DNA of 64,000 nt from a virus. Lineage: Duplodnaviria; Caudoviricetes. The position numbers and the translations under genes were made by a program. Within the stretch, counting starts at the first letter, position 1; each line of letters begins with the position of its first letter. Below, in pieces: positions 18,142 through 29,500 of the stretch. Location of the stretch: the IMG/VR virus record IMGVR_UViG_3300038673_000220, positions 32,001 through 96,000 of that record. One strand, 5' to 3'. The notes beneath the pieces are model-generated. The model was not told where the DNA came from and did no database searches. It worked only from the letters and a program-made list of their open reading frames with translations.

Positions 18142-20040
18142 TTAAGGTATATATTGATCAAGCAAGAATTCGATATTCATTTCTGAGGCAAACACTGAAT
18201 AATACCTGAAATTAAGAACGTATCCTTCAAGGTATTTGTCAGTAGTTGTATTATAACCAAGCTCAAAGACATTAACACCCATATTGATACGATAATCAGC
18301 TTCATTCGCTTGAGTACCTGTGACGATCGTTTCATCTGTATCATCAGGAGTTATGATATCTTGTGGAAGTTGAAGGATCTTCGTTCCAGTCATGTGAACA
18401 GATCCATCATAGATATCTTCAAAGAATGTGATTATCTGATCAAGAACATCAGTTATACCTAATCGAAAAACGTCTGGTTTTTGATCAGTGAAACCGTATC
18501 CTTGAACGCCGATCCCATATGTGAAAACAACACGTTTCATGAATTGTGGATCGTCTGGCGAATACTCTGCTGAATCTATAAGCGTCAATACATCGTTATT
18601 AACGTTGTAAGACGTTATGCGATTACGTTTAGTATTGAATGGATTCGTTTCAATACTTACAGCTGTATGAACTTCAGGAGCATTTTGACCTAGTCTCAAT
18701 AAAGCGCTCTTTGTGCCAAACACTTCAGATATAGGTGATAAGTACTTTAAGAGGATCGTTCCTCGAATAGGATTATAAATACTCGAATAATTTCGGTAGA
18801 GTTTTGTTCCTAGAACTGATTGAGGAGTATCATCTGTGAAAATAGGTGGTACTGGAAGAGGTGTGTTGGTTAATTGATGTTGCCAAAAACCACCAGCATT
18901 GCAAACGACACCTTGATACGTTGTATTAAAGAGATTAGAAGGATCTATAGATAAAAGCGTATTGACATCGAATGATGTGATATTTAATCCAGTAGCATCT
19001 ATCGTAAATGAAAGTCTTCTCCATCCACTTGGAAGATCTTGGATACTTGGAATGAGTTTGGTTATGGATCCAGTATGTTGAGTTTCGTTATTTTCACAAT
19101 CATAAACGATAGAAGCTAGTATTTCAGTTGAAGCTAAAATATCTATACAGACAGCAGTACGTTCGATTGGATAATAATAGAGGACGAAGTTCTGAACACC
19201 AGTTATTTCTTGAGGGAGAGGATCGTTGAATCCATGAGCTCCCATTATAGCTGTTTCTTGAAGAAGGAGGAAATTCGTATCACTTGTTGGTGTGACGATA
19301 AGAAGATTACTTCCAGCGTTACGAACCGAACCATGGTGCGAAACATCAGAAAGAACCTTACTGTTTAGAAGGATATTCTGATGAGGTCCAAATATAGGAC
19401 AAGCTGGTTTATTATAAGAAAAATCGATCGGTAGTTTGTTTGCTTCGATCGTTAAAACACGACCATTGATATCATGATAGTTTATTGGACAGTTTCTATC
19501 AACAGTGAATAAGCTATTGATAGAGATGTTAGGTTCTAAGATATCTGATGGTGGCATCATGATAGGTGTTCCAGGTAATCTAAACCTGAACAATTCACTA
19601 TGAGCATTTTCATCAGTATCATGTTTCGAAATGACGTAGTTGAGTACATCAATATTGATTATACTGTCTTTATGGATACCTTCATCGATATCTTGACGAG
19701 TAGCGAAACGTTTGATATTGATAAGAGCATAACCGAACTCCATGATATCCATATCAACACCAAAGCGAGATATATACAAGCTATACATGATGTTGAGGAG
19801 CTGGAGTTCAGCTAATGACATATTGACTTTATGAGGATTATTGATATCTTCGATATGATCTTTAAAGAGATTCCTTAGAGGTGAAACAGTATTTGCTGTT
19901 TCTTGAAGATCATGAATAATATCTAAAATATCTTGGATATCTTTGGATTTACCAAAGTCCTCATGAAGACCAACACGTATCTCTGATTCGACTTTATCCC
20001 AATTGGATAAGATGCCTTGGATTTGTTGATCATTGTACAT
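18142..20040 (-). CDS. Putative virion fibre/spike-associated protein
   Basis: H....NPH and H.....AH motifs shared with the giant fibre; beta-sandwich region with GWRRLSFT and WQHQL. Confidence 0.6.
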   Translation of the reverse strand: MYNDQQIQGILSNWDKVESEIRVGLHEDFGKSKDIQDILDIIHDLQETANTVSPLRNLFKDHIEDINNPHKVNMSLAELQLLNIMYSLYISRFGVDMDIMEFGYALINIKRFATRQDIDEGIHKDSIINIDVLNYVISKHDTDENAHSELFRFRLPGTPIMMPPSDILEPNISINSLFTVDRNCPINYHDINGRVLTIEANKLPIDFSYNKPACPIFGPHQNILLNSKVLSDVSHHGSVRNAGSNLLIVTPTSDTNFLLLQETAIMGAHGFNDPLPQEITGVQNFVLYYYPIERTAVCIDILASTEILASIVYDCENNETQHTGSITKLIPSIQDLPSGWRRLSFTIDATGLNITSFDVNTLLSIDPSNLFNTTYQGVVCNAGGFWQHQLTNTPLPVPPIFTDDTPQSVLGTKLYRNYSSIYNPIRGTILLKYLSPISEVFGTKSALLRLGQNAPEVHTAVSIETNPFNTKRNRITSYNVNNDVLTLIDSAEYSPDDPQFMKRVVFTYGIGVQGYGFTDQKPDVFRLGITDVLDQIITFFEDIYDGSVHMTGTKILQLPQDIITPDDTDETIVTGTQANEADYRINMGVNVFELGYNTTTDKYLEGYVLNFRYYSVFASEMNIEFLLDQYIP

Positions 20041-20065
20041 AAACGTATCCTCTTAAACAGAAAGA

Positions 20066-21661
20066 TTATTGACTGAATCCAGCTATAGCTGCAACTGAAT
20101 CTTCATCACTCAATGGTTTACTAAAGAGCTTCAATGAAGTTATCCTATTAGTTCCATTAAGATAGTTAGCTACTCTTGGGATAACGAATAAAAAGAAAGG
20201 AAAGACATCAAACATCCTATTCGTATTACTGAAAGTGTATTTCGCATAGTTGTCATTTACTTCAATATGACAAACGAGATTACTCTTAGAAATCGAAAGA
20301 ACGACTGATATATGATTAATATCTCCACCTTTTATATTATCAATAAGTGTTTCAGTGAATGCTGGATTATAGTTATCATAAGATATAACGAGTTTGTTTT
20401 TATCTTCTCCATCATTGTAAGGGATAAGACTTAAACAGGCGATCGATTTTGTTAATCCAACTACATTGAATAAGTCAAGGGTCTTTAATGTGACAAGATG
20501 ACTTAAACTTAATGTTGCGTATATAGAGAAATTGTTCTGATTGAGTACTGTGAATATGTTGTATACTTTCGAGTAATTCGTATGAATATTTCCACGTAAT
20601 GTTGTTAGTTCAGCTCGGTATTCAGGAGTCATTGAATCACTTAATACATAATCAAGATGATTCAAATAATAATCAGTGTATTTCTTCTTAAAGATACGAT
20701 CATCCGTTTCTCCACACGCATCTAATAATTCATTATATCCGATGAGCGTCTCTTCTCCACCAAAGAACAGAGCTTCAAGAGAATAGATATCGTATTGAAG
20801 ATTGTAAACGCCATATGTTACGTCGAGATATGGATAGATATTCACAAAGAAATCAGTTGATATCAGTAGAGCTTGTTCGAATCCATGAGTGATGATGAAT
20901 TCTACAGTATCTTGATACGTCGTATAATCGATCGTTTGAGGATTACCCAACGCTATCAATTGATTACTCAGAAGAAGCATGAGTCTTTCGAATGACTCTT
21001 CGTCAAGGATTCGATACGTTGATAAATCAAATGAAATAGGGGACAATACATAAATAGGGAGAACGCTACACATCGTCATAAGTTCATCGAGCTTAACTGA
21101 TAATGTGTTTTCATGAGCATCAACTCGACTATTATGATTCTCCTCGAAGTATTCTTCAGTTACTTTAACTGATAGAGCTGTACCTATCTCATCAGGATCT
21201 TCTGGAATATTTTCTATGTAATATTGAGGATTTTCAATCAGCCAATGAACGAACTTTGTTTCGTCTTCAGGGATAATGAAATCTGTATCGTATTCAGTTC
21301 CAACTTGAAGGACGCGAACATCATTGAAACGTTCGTAACCATCATAGATATCTCTAAAGAAATAGAGGAATTGTTCTTCAGTGATACGATTATTTGTGTA
21401 AAGACCAACTCCTACAAAAGCTCTCCTTAGAGTTTGTATGATTTGACTATGCATCAAATCAAGATTTTCATAATGAGCAGTATCTCCTTCAAGCGCCATA
21501 TGTTGATTTAGAAGATCAACAAGCTCTTGAGTTCCATCGTCATTTAAGACTGATTTAACGTAATTGAGAACTGCTGTTAAGCATTCGATTACGACTGGTG
21601 ATTGTCGTAACTTGGCTTCATGCCTTGATATGGTTTGAAAATTTTTGATAGCTCCTATCAT
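20066..21661 (-). CDS. Putative virion structural protein
   Basis: Co-oriented with 18142; H.....AH motifs; beta-rich C-terminus. Confidence 0.55.
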   Translation of the reverse strand: MIGAIKNFQTISRHEAKLRQSPVVIECLTAVLNYVKSVLNDDGTQELVDLLNQHMALEGDTAHYENLDLMHSQIIQTLRRAFVGVGLYTNNRITEEQFLYFFRDIYDGYERFNDVRVLQVGTEYDTDFIIPEDETKFVHWLIENPQYYIENIPEDPDEIGTALSVKVTEEYFEENHNSRVDAHENTLSVKLDELMTMCSVLPIYVLSPISFDLSTYRILDEESFERLMLLLSNQLIALGNPQTIDYTTYQDTVEFIITHGFEQALLISTDFFVNIYPYLDVTYGVYNLQYDIYSLEALFFGGEETLIGYNELLDACGETDDRIFKKKYTDYYLNHLDYVLSDSMTPEYRAELTTLRGNIHTNYSKVYNIFTVLNQNNFSIYATLSLSHLVTLKTLDLFNVVGLTKSIACLSLIPYNDGEDKNKLVISYDNYNPAFTETLIDNIKGGDINHISVVLSISKSNLVCHIEVNDNYAKYTFSNTNRMFDVFPFFLFVIPRVANYLNGTNRITSLKLFSKPLSDEDSVAAIAGFSQ

Positions 21662-21760
21662 ATTTATTCACCTTATAGAGAAGATTGTATATATTTATAT
21701 CAAGCAGATATGATATAGCGAATACTACTGATACTGTTTAATATAAGAGGAGAATGACTC

Positions 21761-23119
21761 GTGATTATTAATTCTGTTATGCAAGATTATAAGAGAACAT
21801 TAAAAAATTGTTTTCTTAATACAGGAACTTTATTGGATTTAGCTACAGGTAATTTCTTACCTGGAAAAAACAATAGCATGATCTTGAATGGTGGTTTGTA
21901 TACAACGAACTCATTCGTTGGACGAGAGCAAACCTACAAATCAACGATCGCTGGAGGGTATTTTGGAAGAGCTCTTCATCATTATAAATCATCAGAAGGA
22001 TTAGTTTGGGAGACTGAATTAAGTCTTCAAGGTAAAGGACGTATATTAAGTATCAGTGGTTGTAAATCAAAAGAAGATTTAGCTGATCTTGATAGTCGAT
22101 TTACGTATTATGATAACACTGAAGTATCTCTTGAAGATATGTTTGAGATCATCAAGAAAGTGAGTGCTGAAAAAAGTATCCATATGAAGGATTATATCCG
22201 TGAAACTCCATTTATTGGAGATGATGGAAAACCGATCCTCACAATAGCACCAACGTTTATCTTCATTGACAGTTTCTCAGCAGCGAGTTCGAGTAAAGAG
22301 ATCAGCTTGTATGCTGATAATAAACTTGGCGATTCAAAGAATAACACAGTTGCTATGAATGATGGTCGACTCAAATCAGAATTCGGTCGTCAACTTCCAT
22401 ATCTTTGTGGTGCAAAAGGTATCTATTTGATATCAACAGCTCATGTTGGTGATAAGATCAATATGGATGGTAATCCATACTCATCTCCACCTAAAGATCT
22501 TCCAACGATGAGAGCTTCCGATACGATCAAACGAGTTGGGACACAGTATTCATTTTTATCAACGAACATGCTTGAAACAAGGAAGGTTACTCCTGTTCAA
22601 GATTCTAAGAAAAAGAATTTCTATCCGTCTGGATCAACCTCTTCTGATGTTGAGCTCCAACAAGTAACATCGTATATTACACGATGTAAGAATAATGTTT
22701 CAGGTGATCCTATCGAATTGATCAGTTCACAGTTTTATGGTATCCAGGAATACCTTGAATTTCATAACTTCTTATCATCTCTCAAATGCAATCTTCTTGA
22801 GGGAGTTCAAGAACAAAAACTAGGTATCCATGATCAATCTTTCAATAGAAAGAACATCAGAGAATACATTGATAAAGATCCAACATTCGCTAGAGCTTTA
22901 CAGATCTTAGCTCATTTTGCATTTGTTCGTAATCGTTGGTTTATTCCTGAAATAAACAATATCGGTTATGTCGAATTCTGTAAGATGTTCAATGCGTCAA
23001 AATCCTTAAAAGAGGAGATCCTTAATAGTACTGGAGTGTGGTCTTTCAAAGAAGATAAACCGAGTAGGAATTATCTATCGATATTTGACATCATAACTAA
23101 GATCCGTAGTGCAAAATAA
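21761..23119 (+). CDS. uvsX: UvsX/RecA-like recombinase (phiKZ type)
   Basis: Walker A GREQTYKST, Walker B FIFIDSFS, TAHVG, R.KN. Confidence 0.8.
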   Translation: MIINSVMQDYKRTLKNCFLNTGTLLDLATGNFLPGKNNSMILNGGLYTTNSFVGREQTYKSTIAGGYFGRALHHYKSSEGLVWETELSLQGKGRILSISGCKSKEDLADLDSRFTYYDNTEVSLEDMFEIIKKVSAEKSIHMKDYIRETPFIGDDGKPILTIAPTFIFIDSFSAASSSKEISLYADNKLGDSKNNTVAMNDGRLKSEFGRQLPYLCGAKGIYLISTAHVGDKINMDGNPYSSPPKDLPTMRASDTIKRVGTQYSFLSTNMLETRKVTPVQDSKKKNFYPSGSTSSDVELQQVTSYITRCKNNVSGDPIELISSQFYGIQEYLEFHNFLSSLKCNLLEGVQEQKLGIHDQSFNRKNIREYIDKDPTFARALQILAHFAFVRNRWFIPEINNIGYVEFCKMFNASKSLKEEILNSTGVWSFKEDKPSRNYLSIFDIITKIRSAK

Positions 23120-23173
23120 ATAGCCCATTTTAACTATAATATCGGTCCAAACGACCTAATGGAGGGAATAAAC

Positions 23174-23380
23174 ATGGCTGATAATATTCAGGAATACGTC
23201 GAATCTTTAACTGATACGAAAGTGAAAGGTTTCGTCCAAGCGGTATCTCAGCGACTTATAGATGCTGAAAAAGAGATAACTGAATTAAAAACTCAGAATG
23301 CTGATTATCAAAGTCAAATAGAAACTTTGAATACTCAGATCGAAGATCTTACTATACGAGTTATTGAGCTTGAAGTGTGA
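23174..23380 (+). CDS. Small coiled-coil protein
   Basis: SD GGAGG favours ATG 23174 over 23159; heptad pattern. Confidence 0.7.
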   Translation: MADNIQEYVESLTDTKVKGFVQAVSQRLIDAEKEITELKTQNADYQSQIETLNTQIEDLTIRVIELEV

Positions 23381-23389
23381 AATAATATA

Positions 23390-23425
23390 CCTAATACGAA
23401 CGCTACTATCAGCGTTCGTATTAGG
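23390..23425 (+). terminator. Terminator-like hairpin, 15-bp stem
   Basis: CCTAATACGAACGCT-N6-AGCGTTCGTATTAGG. Confidence 0.8.
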
Positions 23426-23507
23426 ATTTATAGCGCATTTTATGCAATAGTATAGGGGTAAATGGCCTTTCTGTTTATTTTATTTTTCTTTAAGGAGACA
23501 CAAATTT

Positions 23508-26500
23508 ATGCAGCCGAATATTCCTATTCAATATTCAACTTTACGAGAGTACATTGAAGCTATTTCTGGTGCTCAAGTTACGACGTTGACGCAAACTGTT
23601 GATGCTAATTATGCAACGATGATGGGTTTGGTCAATGATCTTCAAACATCGATCGCTGATATCGAATCATTAAATGCGAATATCAGTGCGAACCCAGACG
23701 TTGTTCTTAACACTTCACATCGTCTGACTATTGCTGGTAACCCACATCATGTAACGAAAGCAGAAGTTGGATTAAGTGAGGTACCGAACTACGACTTTAC
23801 TGCTGAAGTTCAGATCAACAATGCGAAAGTTGGTATAACCCAAGCTCAAGCTGATGCTATCATTATTAACTCAGCGAAAGTTGGTATCACTGTTCAGCAA
23901 GCTGCCGATATCATTTCCAATAATGATCATCGTGCTATCGTATCTGGGAATCCACATCAGGTCACCAAAGCTGAAGTAGGTTTGGGTAATGTCCCGAACA
24001 TCGATTGTACGAATGCTTCGAATATCACTTCGGGTATTTTACCAACGAGTGTTCTTCCTCCATTAGCTATTACTGATACATATTCAGTTGCTAATGAGGC
24101 CGAGCAGTTAGCTCTTACTGTACAAAAAGGTGATATTGCTGTTCGTACAGATCTTTCAAGATCGTATATCAATCAGACTGGTGGTAATGAGGCCATGACT
24201 GATTGGCAGGAGCTCATGACTCCAACTGATCTTGTTCTCTCTGTTAATGGCTATACTGGAACAATCCAACTTGTTACTACAGATATTCCAGAAGGTACCA
24301 ACTTCTATTATACAGAAGCACGTGTATCTAACAATATTGATGTTGCTACCAATACTGCAAACCGTCACACTCACGGAAATAAAGCTATCCTTGATGCAAC
24401 AACTGCATCTTTTACTACTGAGATTTCCAACACCATCGATCTCAACTCCGCTCATCGTGAGACAACTGTAGGTAATCCGCATCAGGTTACTAAAGCTGAT
24501 GTAGGTTTGAGTAATGTACCAAACCACGATTTTACCGATGAGGTTGCCGCCAATACTGCAAAGGTCGGTATCACTCCTGAACAAGCTGCTGACATTGTAG
24601 CTGCTAATGTTCATAGAACTACTACCAGCGGTAATCCTCACGCTGTAACTAAAGCTGAAGTTGGTTTAGGTAATGTACCGAACACTGATTTTACAGCTGA
24701 TGTTCTTGCAAATAATGCCCATCGTGCAATTATTACGGGTAATCCGCATCAAGTTACTAAAGCCGAGGTTGGCTTAAGTAATGTTCCAAATCATGATTTC
24801 ACTGCCGAAGTTGATGCGAATACTGCAAAGGTTGGTATCACTCCTGAACAAGCTGATGCTATCGTAGCCAATACTGCAAAGGTTGGTATCACTCCTGAGC
24901 AAGCTGCTTCTATCGTAGCATCTGACGCTCATATTGCAACTGTTACTGGCAATCCTCACCAAGTAACGAAAGCTGAAGTTGGCTTAAGTGAAGTCCCCAA
25001 CGTTGACTGTACCAATGCGAGTAATATCACTACTGGTACTCTACCAACAAGTGTTCTTCCTGCATTGGCTATCAGTGAAACTTTTGTAGTTGCCGATGAA
25101 ACCGCTCAGTTGGCTCTCACTGTACAGAAAGGTGATGTTGCTGTTCGTACCGATGAAGGAAAATCTTACATCAATGCGACTGGTGATAACACTGCGATGA
25201 CTGATTGGCAGGAGCTCTTAACTCCTACTGACACCATCTTAAGTGTAAATGGTCAAACTGGTAACGTCATTCTAACCACTACGAATATTGCAGAAGGGAC
25301 TAATCTCTATTATACTGAGGCTCGTGTATCTGCGAATGTTGATGTTGCTCTTAATACAGCGAACCGTCATAACCATACCAATAAATCTATTCTTGATGGT
25401 ACTGAAGAATCTTTCACTACTGTATTAAAGAATAATATCTTAACCAATAATGATAAGGTTGGTATCACCACTGAACAAGCTGATGCTATCGTGGCCAATA
25501 CTGCAAAGGTTGGTATCACACCACAGCAAACTGCTGATATTATCTCCAACAACACTCATCGTGCTATCGTATCTGGTAATCCGCATCAAGTCACTAAAGC
25601 TGAAGTTGGATTAGGTTTGGTTCCGAATCACGACTTCACCGATGAGGTTGATGCGAATACTGCGCATAAGAATACTATTACTGGTAATCCGCATCAAGTT
25701 ACTAAAGCTGAAGTAGGATTAGGTAACGTACCGAATACTGACTTTACTGGTGATATCGCTGCATCGAATGCTCATATTGCAACTATCACTGGTAATCCGC
25801 ATCAGGTCACTAAAGCTGAAGTAGGATTGGGTCTTGTACCTAATCATGACTTTACAGCTGAAGTTGATGCGAATACTGCAAAGGTTGGCATCACTCCTGA
25901 ACAAGCTGCTGCAATTGTAGCGAATACAGCACACGCTGCTATCGTAACTGGTAATCCGCATCAAGTTACTAAAGCTGAAGTAGGATTAGGTAATGTTCTA
26001 AACATTGATACGACAAATGCTACGAATATTACTTCAGGTATGCTTCCTTCAAGCGTACTTCCTCCTATTGCTATCACTGATACATATTCTGTAGCAAGTG
26101 AAGCTGAGCAATTAGCTCTTGATATCCAACGTGGTGATATCGCTGTTCGTACAGATATTAATCGTTCGTACATTAATAAACTTGGTGTTAACGAAGCTAT
26201 GTCTGATTGGCAGGAGCTTTTAACACCAATCGACTCCGTTCTTTCTGTTAATGGATTCACTGGAGCTGTCGTTCTGACTACATCCAGTATTTCTGAAGGG
26301 ACTAATCTCTATTACACTGAAGATCGTGTTATCAATAACGTTGATGTTGCTACCAATACTGCAAATCGTCATAATCATGGAAATAAAGCGATCCTTGATG
26401 GAACGACTGCATCATTCACCACTGAGATCTCCAACACCATCGATCTCAACTCTGCGCACCGTTCTACTATCACCGGAAATCCTCATCAAGTAACGAAAGC

Positions 26501-29500
26501 AGAAGTGGGATTAAGTGATGTTCCTAACCACGACTTCACTGCTGAAGTTGCTGCCAATACTGCAAAGGTTGGTATCACTCCTGAACAAGCTGCATCTATC
26601 GTTGATGCAAATACGCATATCGCAACTGTAACGGGTAATCCTCATGCAGTTACTAAAGCTGAAGTCGGTTTAGGTTTGGTTCCGAATCACGACTTCACCG
26701 ATGAGGTTAATGCTGCTACAACTCATATCGCAACTGTTACTGGTAATCCTCATCAAGTTACTAAAGCAGAGGTTGGTCTGAGTGAAGTACCTAACCACGA
26801 CTTCACAGCTGAAGTTGCTGCGAACACTGCAAAGGTTGGTATCACTCAGGAACAAGCTGATGCTATCGTAGCCAATACTGCAAAGGTTGGTATTACAGTT
26901 GAGCAAGCTGCTTCTATCGTAGCATCTGACGCTCATATCGCTACTGTTACCGGCAATCCTCATCAAGTTACTAAAGCAGAGGTTGGTCTGAGTGAAGTAC
27001 CGAATGTGGATTGTACGAATGCTTCGAATATCACTACTGGTACTCTACCAACAAGTGTTCTTCCTGCATTGGCTATCAGTGAAACCTACGTTGTTGCTGA
27101 TGAGACTGAACAGTTAGCCCTTACTGTACAGAAGGGTGATATCGCTGTTCGTTCTGACCTTAATCGCTCGTATATCAACTCCACTGGTGATAACACTGCG
27201 ATGACTGATTGGCAGGAGCTCTTAACTCCTACTGATACTATTCTCACAGTTAACGGCCAGGTTGGTACTGTAGTTCTTACTACTACGAATATCGAAGAGG
27301 GTACAAACCTCTATTACACTGAAGCACGTGTATCTGCAAATGCTGATGTTGCAGCAAATACTGCAAATCGTCATAATCATGCAAATAAAGCTATCCTTGA
27401 TGGTACTGAAGAATCCTTCACTACCGTTTTGAGAAACAACATCCTTACTAATAACGATAAGGTTGGTATCACCACTGAACAAGCTGATGCTATCGTAGCC
27501 AATACTGCAAAGGTTGGTATCACTGCTCAACAGGCTGCCGATATCGTTTCTAACAATACTCACCGTGCTATCGTAACTGGAAATCCGCATCAAGTCACCA
27601 AGACTGAAGTAGGATTAAGCGAAGTACCGAATCACGATTTCACTGCTGAAGTAAACGCCAATACTGCACATCGTGGTATTTTGGAAGGTAACCCGCATCA
27701 AGTTACTAAAGCTGAAGTTGGCTTAAGTGAAGTACCGAATCATGATTTCACTGCAGAAATGCTTATCGCATTAACTCACGTTGAAACAATTACCGGTAAT
27801 CCGCATCAAGTCACTAAAGCTGAAGTAGGTCTCGGTAGCGTTCCGAATCATGATTTCACTGCTGAAGTTGCAGCCAATACTGCTAAGGTTGGTATCACTC
27901 CTGAACAAGCTGCAGCTATCGTAGCCAATACTACTCATGCTGCCATTGTTGCTGGTAATCCTCATCATGTAACAAAAGCTGAAGTTGGTCTGAGTGAAGT
28001 ACCTAACGTCGACTGTACCAACGCCTCGAATATTACTACAGGAACTCTTCCTTCAAGTGTTCTTCCAGCTATCGCTATTACTGAAACTTTTGTAGTATCG
28101 AACGAGCTTGAGCAACTTTCTTTAGATGTTCAAGAAGGTGATATCGCTGTTCGTTCTGATCTTAATCGTACCTTTATCAATATCACTGGTACGAATAACG
28201 CTATGACTGATTGGCAAGAACTCGCTACTCCTACTGATACCATTTTGAGTGTTAATGGTCAGACTGGCACTGTAGTTCTTACCACGACGAATATTGACGA
28301 AGGTACTAACCTTTATTATACAGAAGCACGTGTATCTAACAACGTTGACGTTGCAGCAAATACTGCAAATCGCCATAACCATGCAAATAAAGCTATCCTT
28401 GATGCAACAACCGCCTCTTATACGACTGCGGATGTTGATACGTTAGCTGCTGCTGATGCTCATCGTTTAACAACCACTGGTAATCCGCATCAGGTCACTA
28501 AAGCTGAAGTTGGTTTGGGTAATGTACCTAACTTAGATTTCACTTTAGATATTGCTGCGTCGAATGCTCATATCGCAACTGTAACTGGTAATCCGCATCA
28601 GGTCACGAAAGCTGAAGTAGGATTGGGTCTTGTACCTAATCATGACTTTACAGCTGAAGTTGATGCGAATACTGCAAAGGTTGGCATCACTCCTGAACAA
28701 GCTGCTGCAATCGTAGCGAACAGCGCTAAAGTTGGTATCACTCCTGAGCAAGCTTCTGATATCACTTCTAATAATAATCATAGATTAACTGTTACTGGTA
28801 ATCCGCATAATGTAACAAAAGCTGAAGTTGGATTAGGCTCTGTACCTAACCATGACTTTACAGCCGAAGTTGCTGCGAATACTGCAAAGGTTGGTATCAC
28901 TACTCAGCAGGCTGCTGATATCATTTCTAATAATGAACATCGAGCCATCATTTCTGGTAATCCGCATCAAGTTACTAAGGCTGAAGTTGGGTTGAGCGAT
29001 GTTCCTAATCACGACTTCACAGCTGAAGTTAATGCGAATACAGCTCATACTGCTATCGTAGCTGGTAATCCGCATCAGGTAACGAAAGCTGAAGTTGGTC
29101 TTGGTAATGTACCTAATGTCGATTGCACCAACGCTAGCAATATCACCACTGGTACCTTACCTTCTTCAGTATTACCTCCATTAGCAATCACTGATACTTT
29201 TGTTGTTGCTGACGAAGCTGCTCAACTTGCATTGGTTGTTCAGAAAGGTGATGTTGCAGTACGTACTGATGAAGGTCGCTCGTATATCAACTCCACTGGT
29301 GATAACACTGCGATGACTGATTGGCAGGAGCTCTTAACTCCTACTGATACCATCTTGAGTGTTAATGGCCAAACTGGAACAGTTGTTTTAACTACGACAA
29401 ACGTTGCTGAAGGGACTAATCTCTATTATACTGAGGCTCGTGTATCTGCAAATGCTGACGTAACACTTAATACAGCTAATCGTCACAATCATACAAATAA

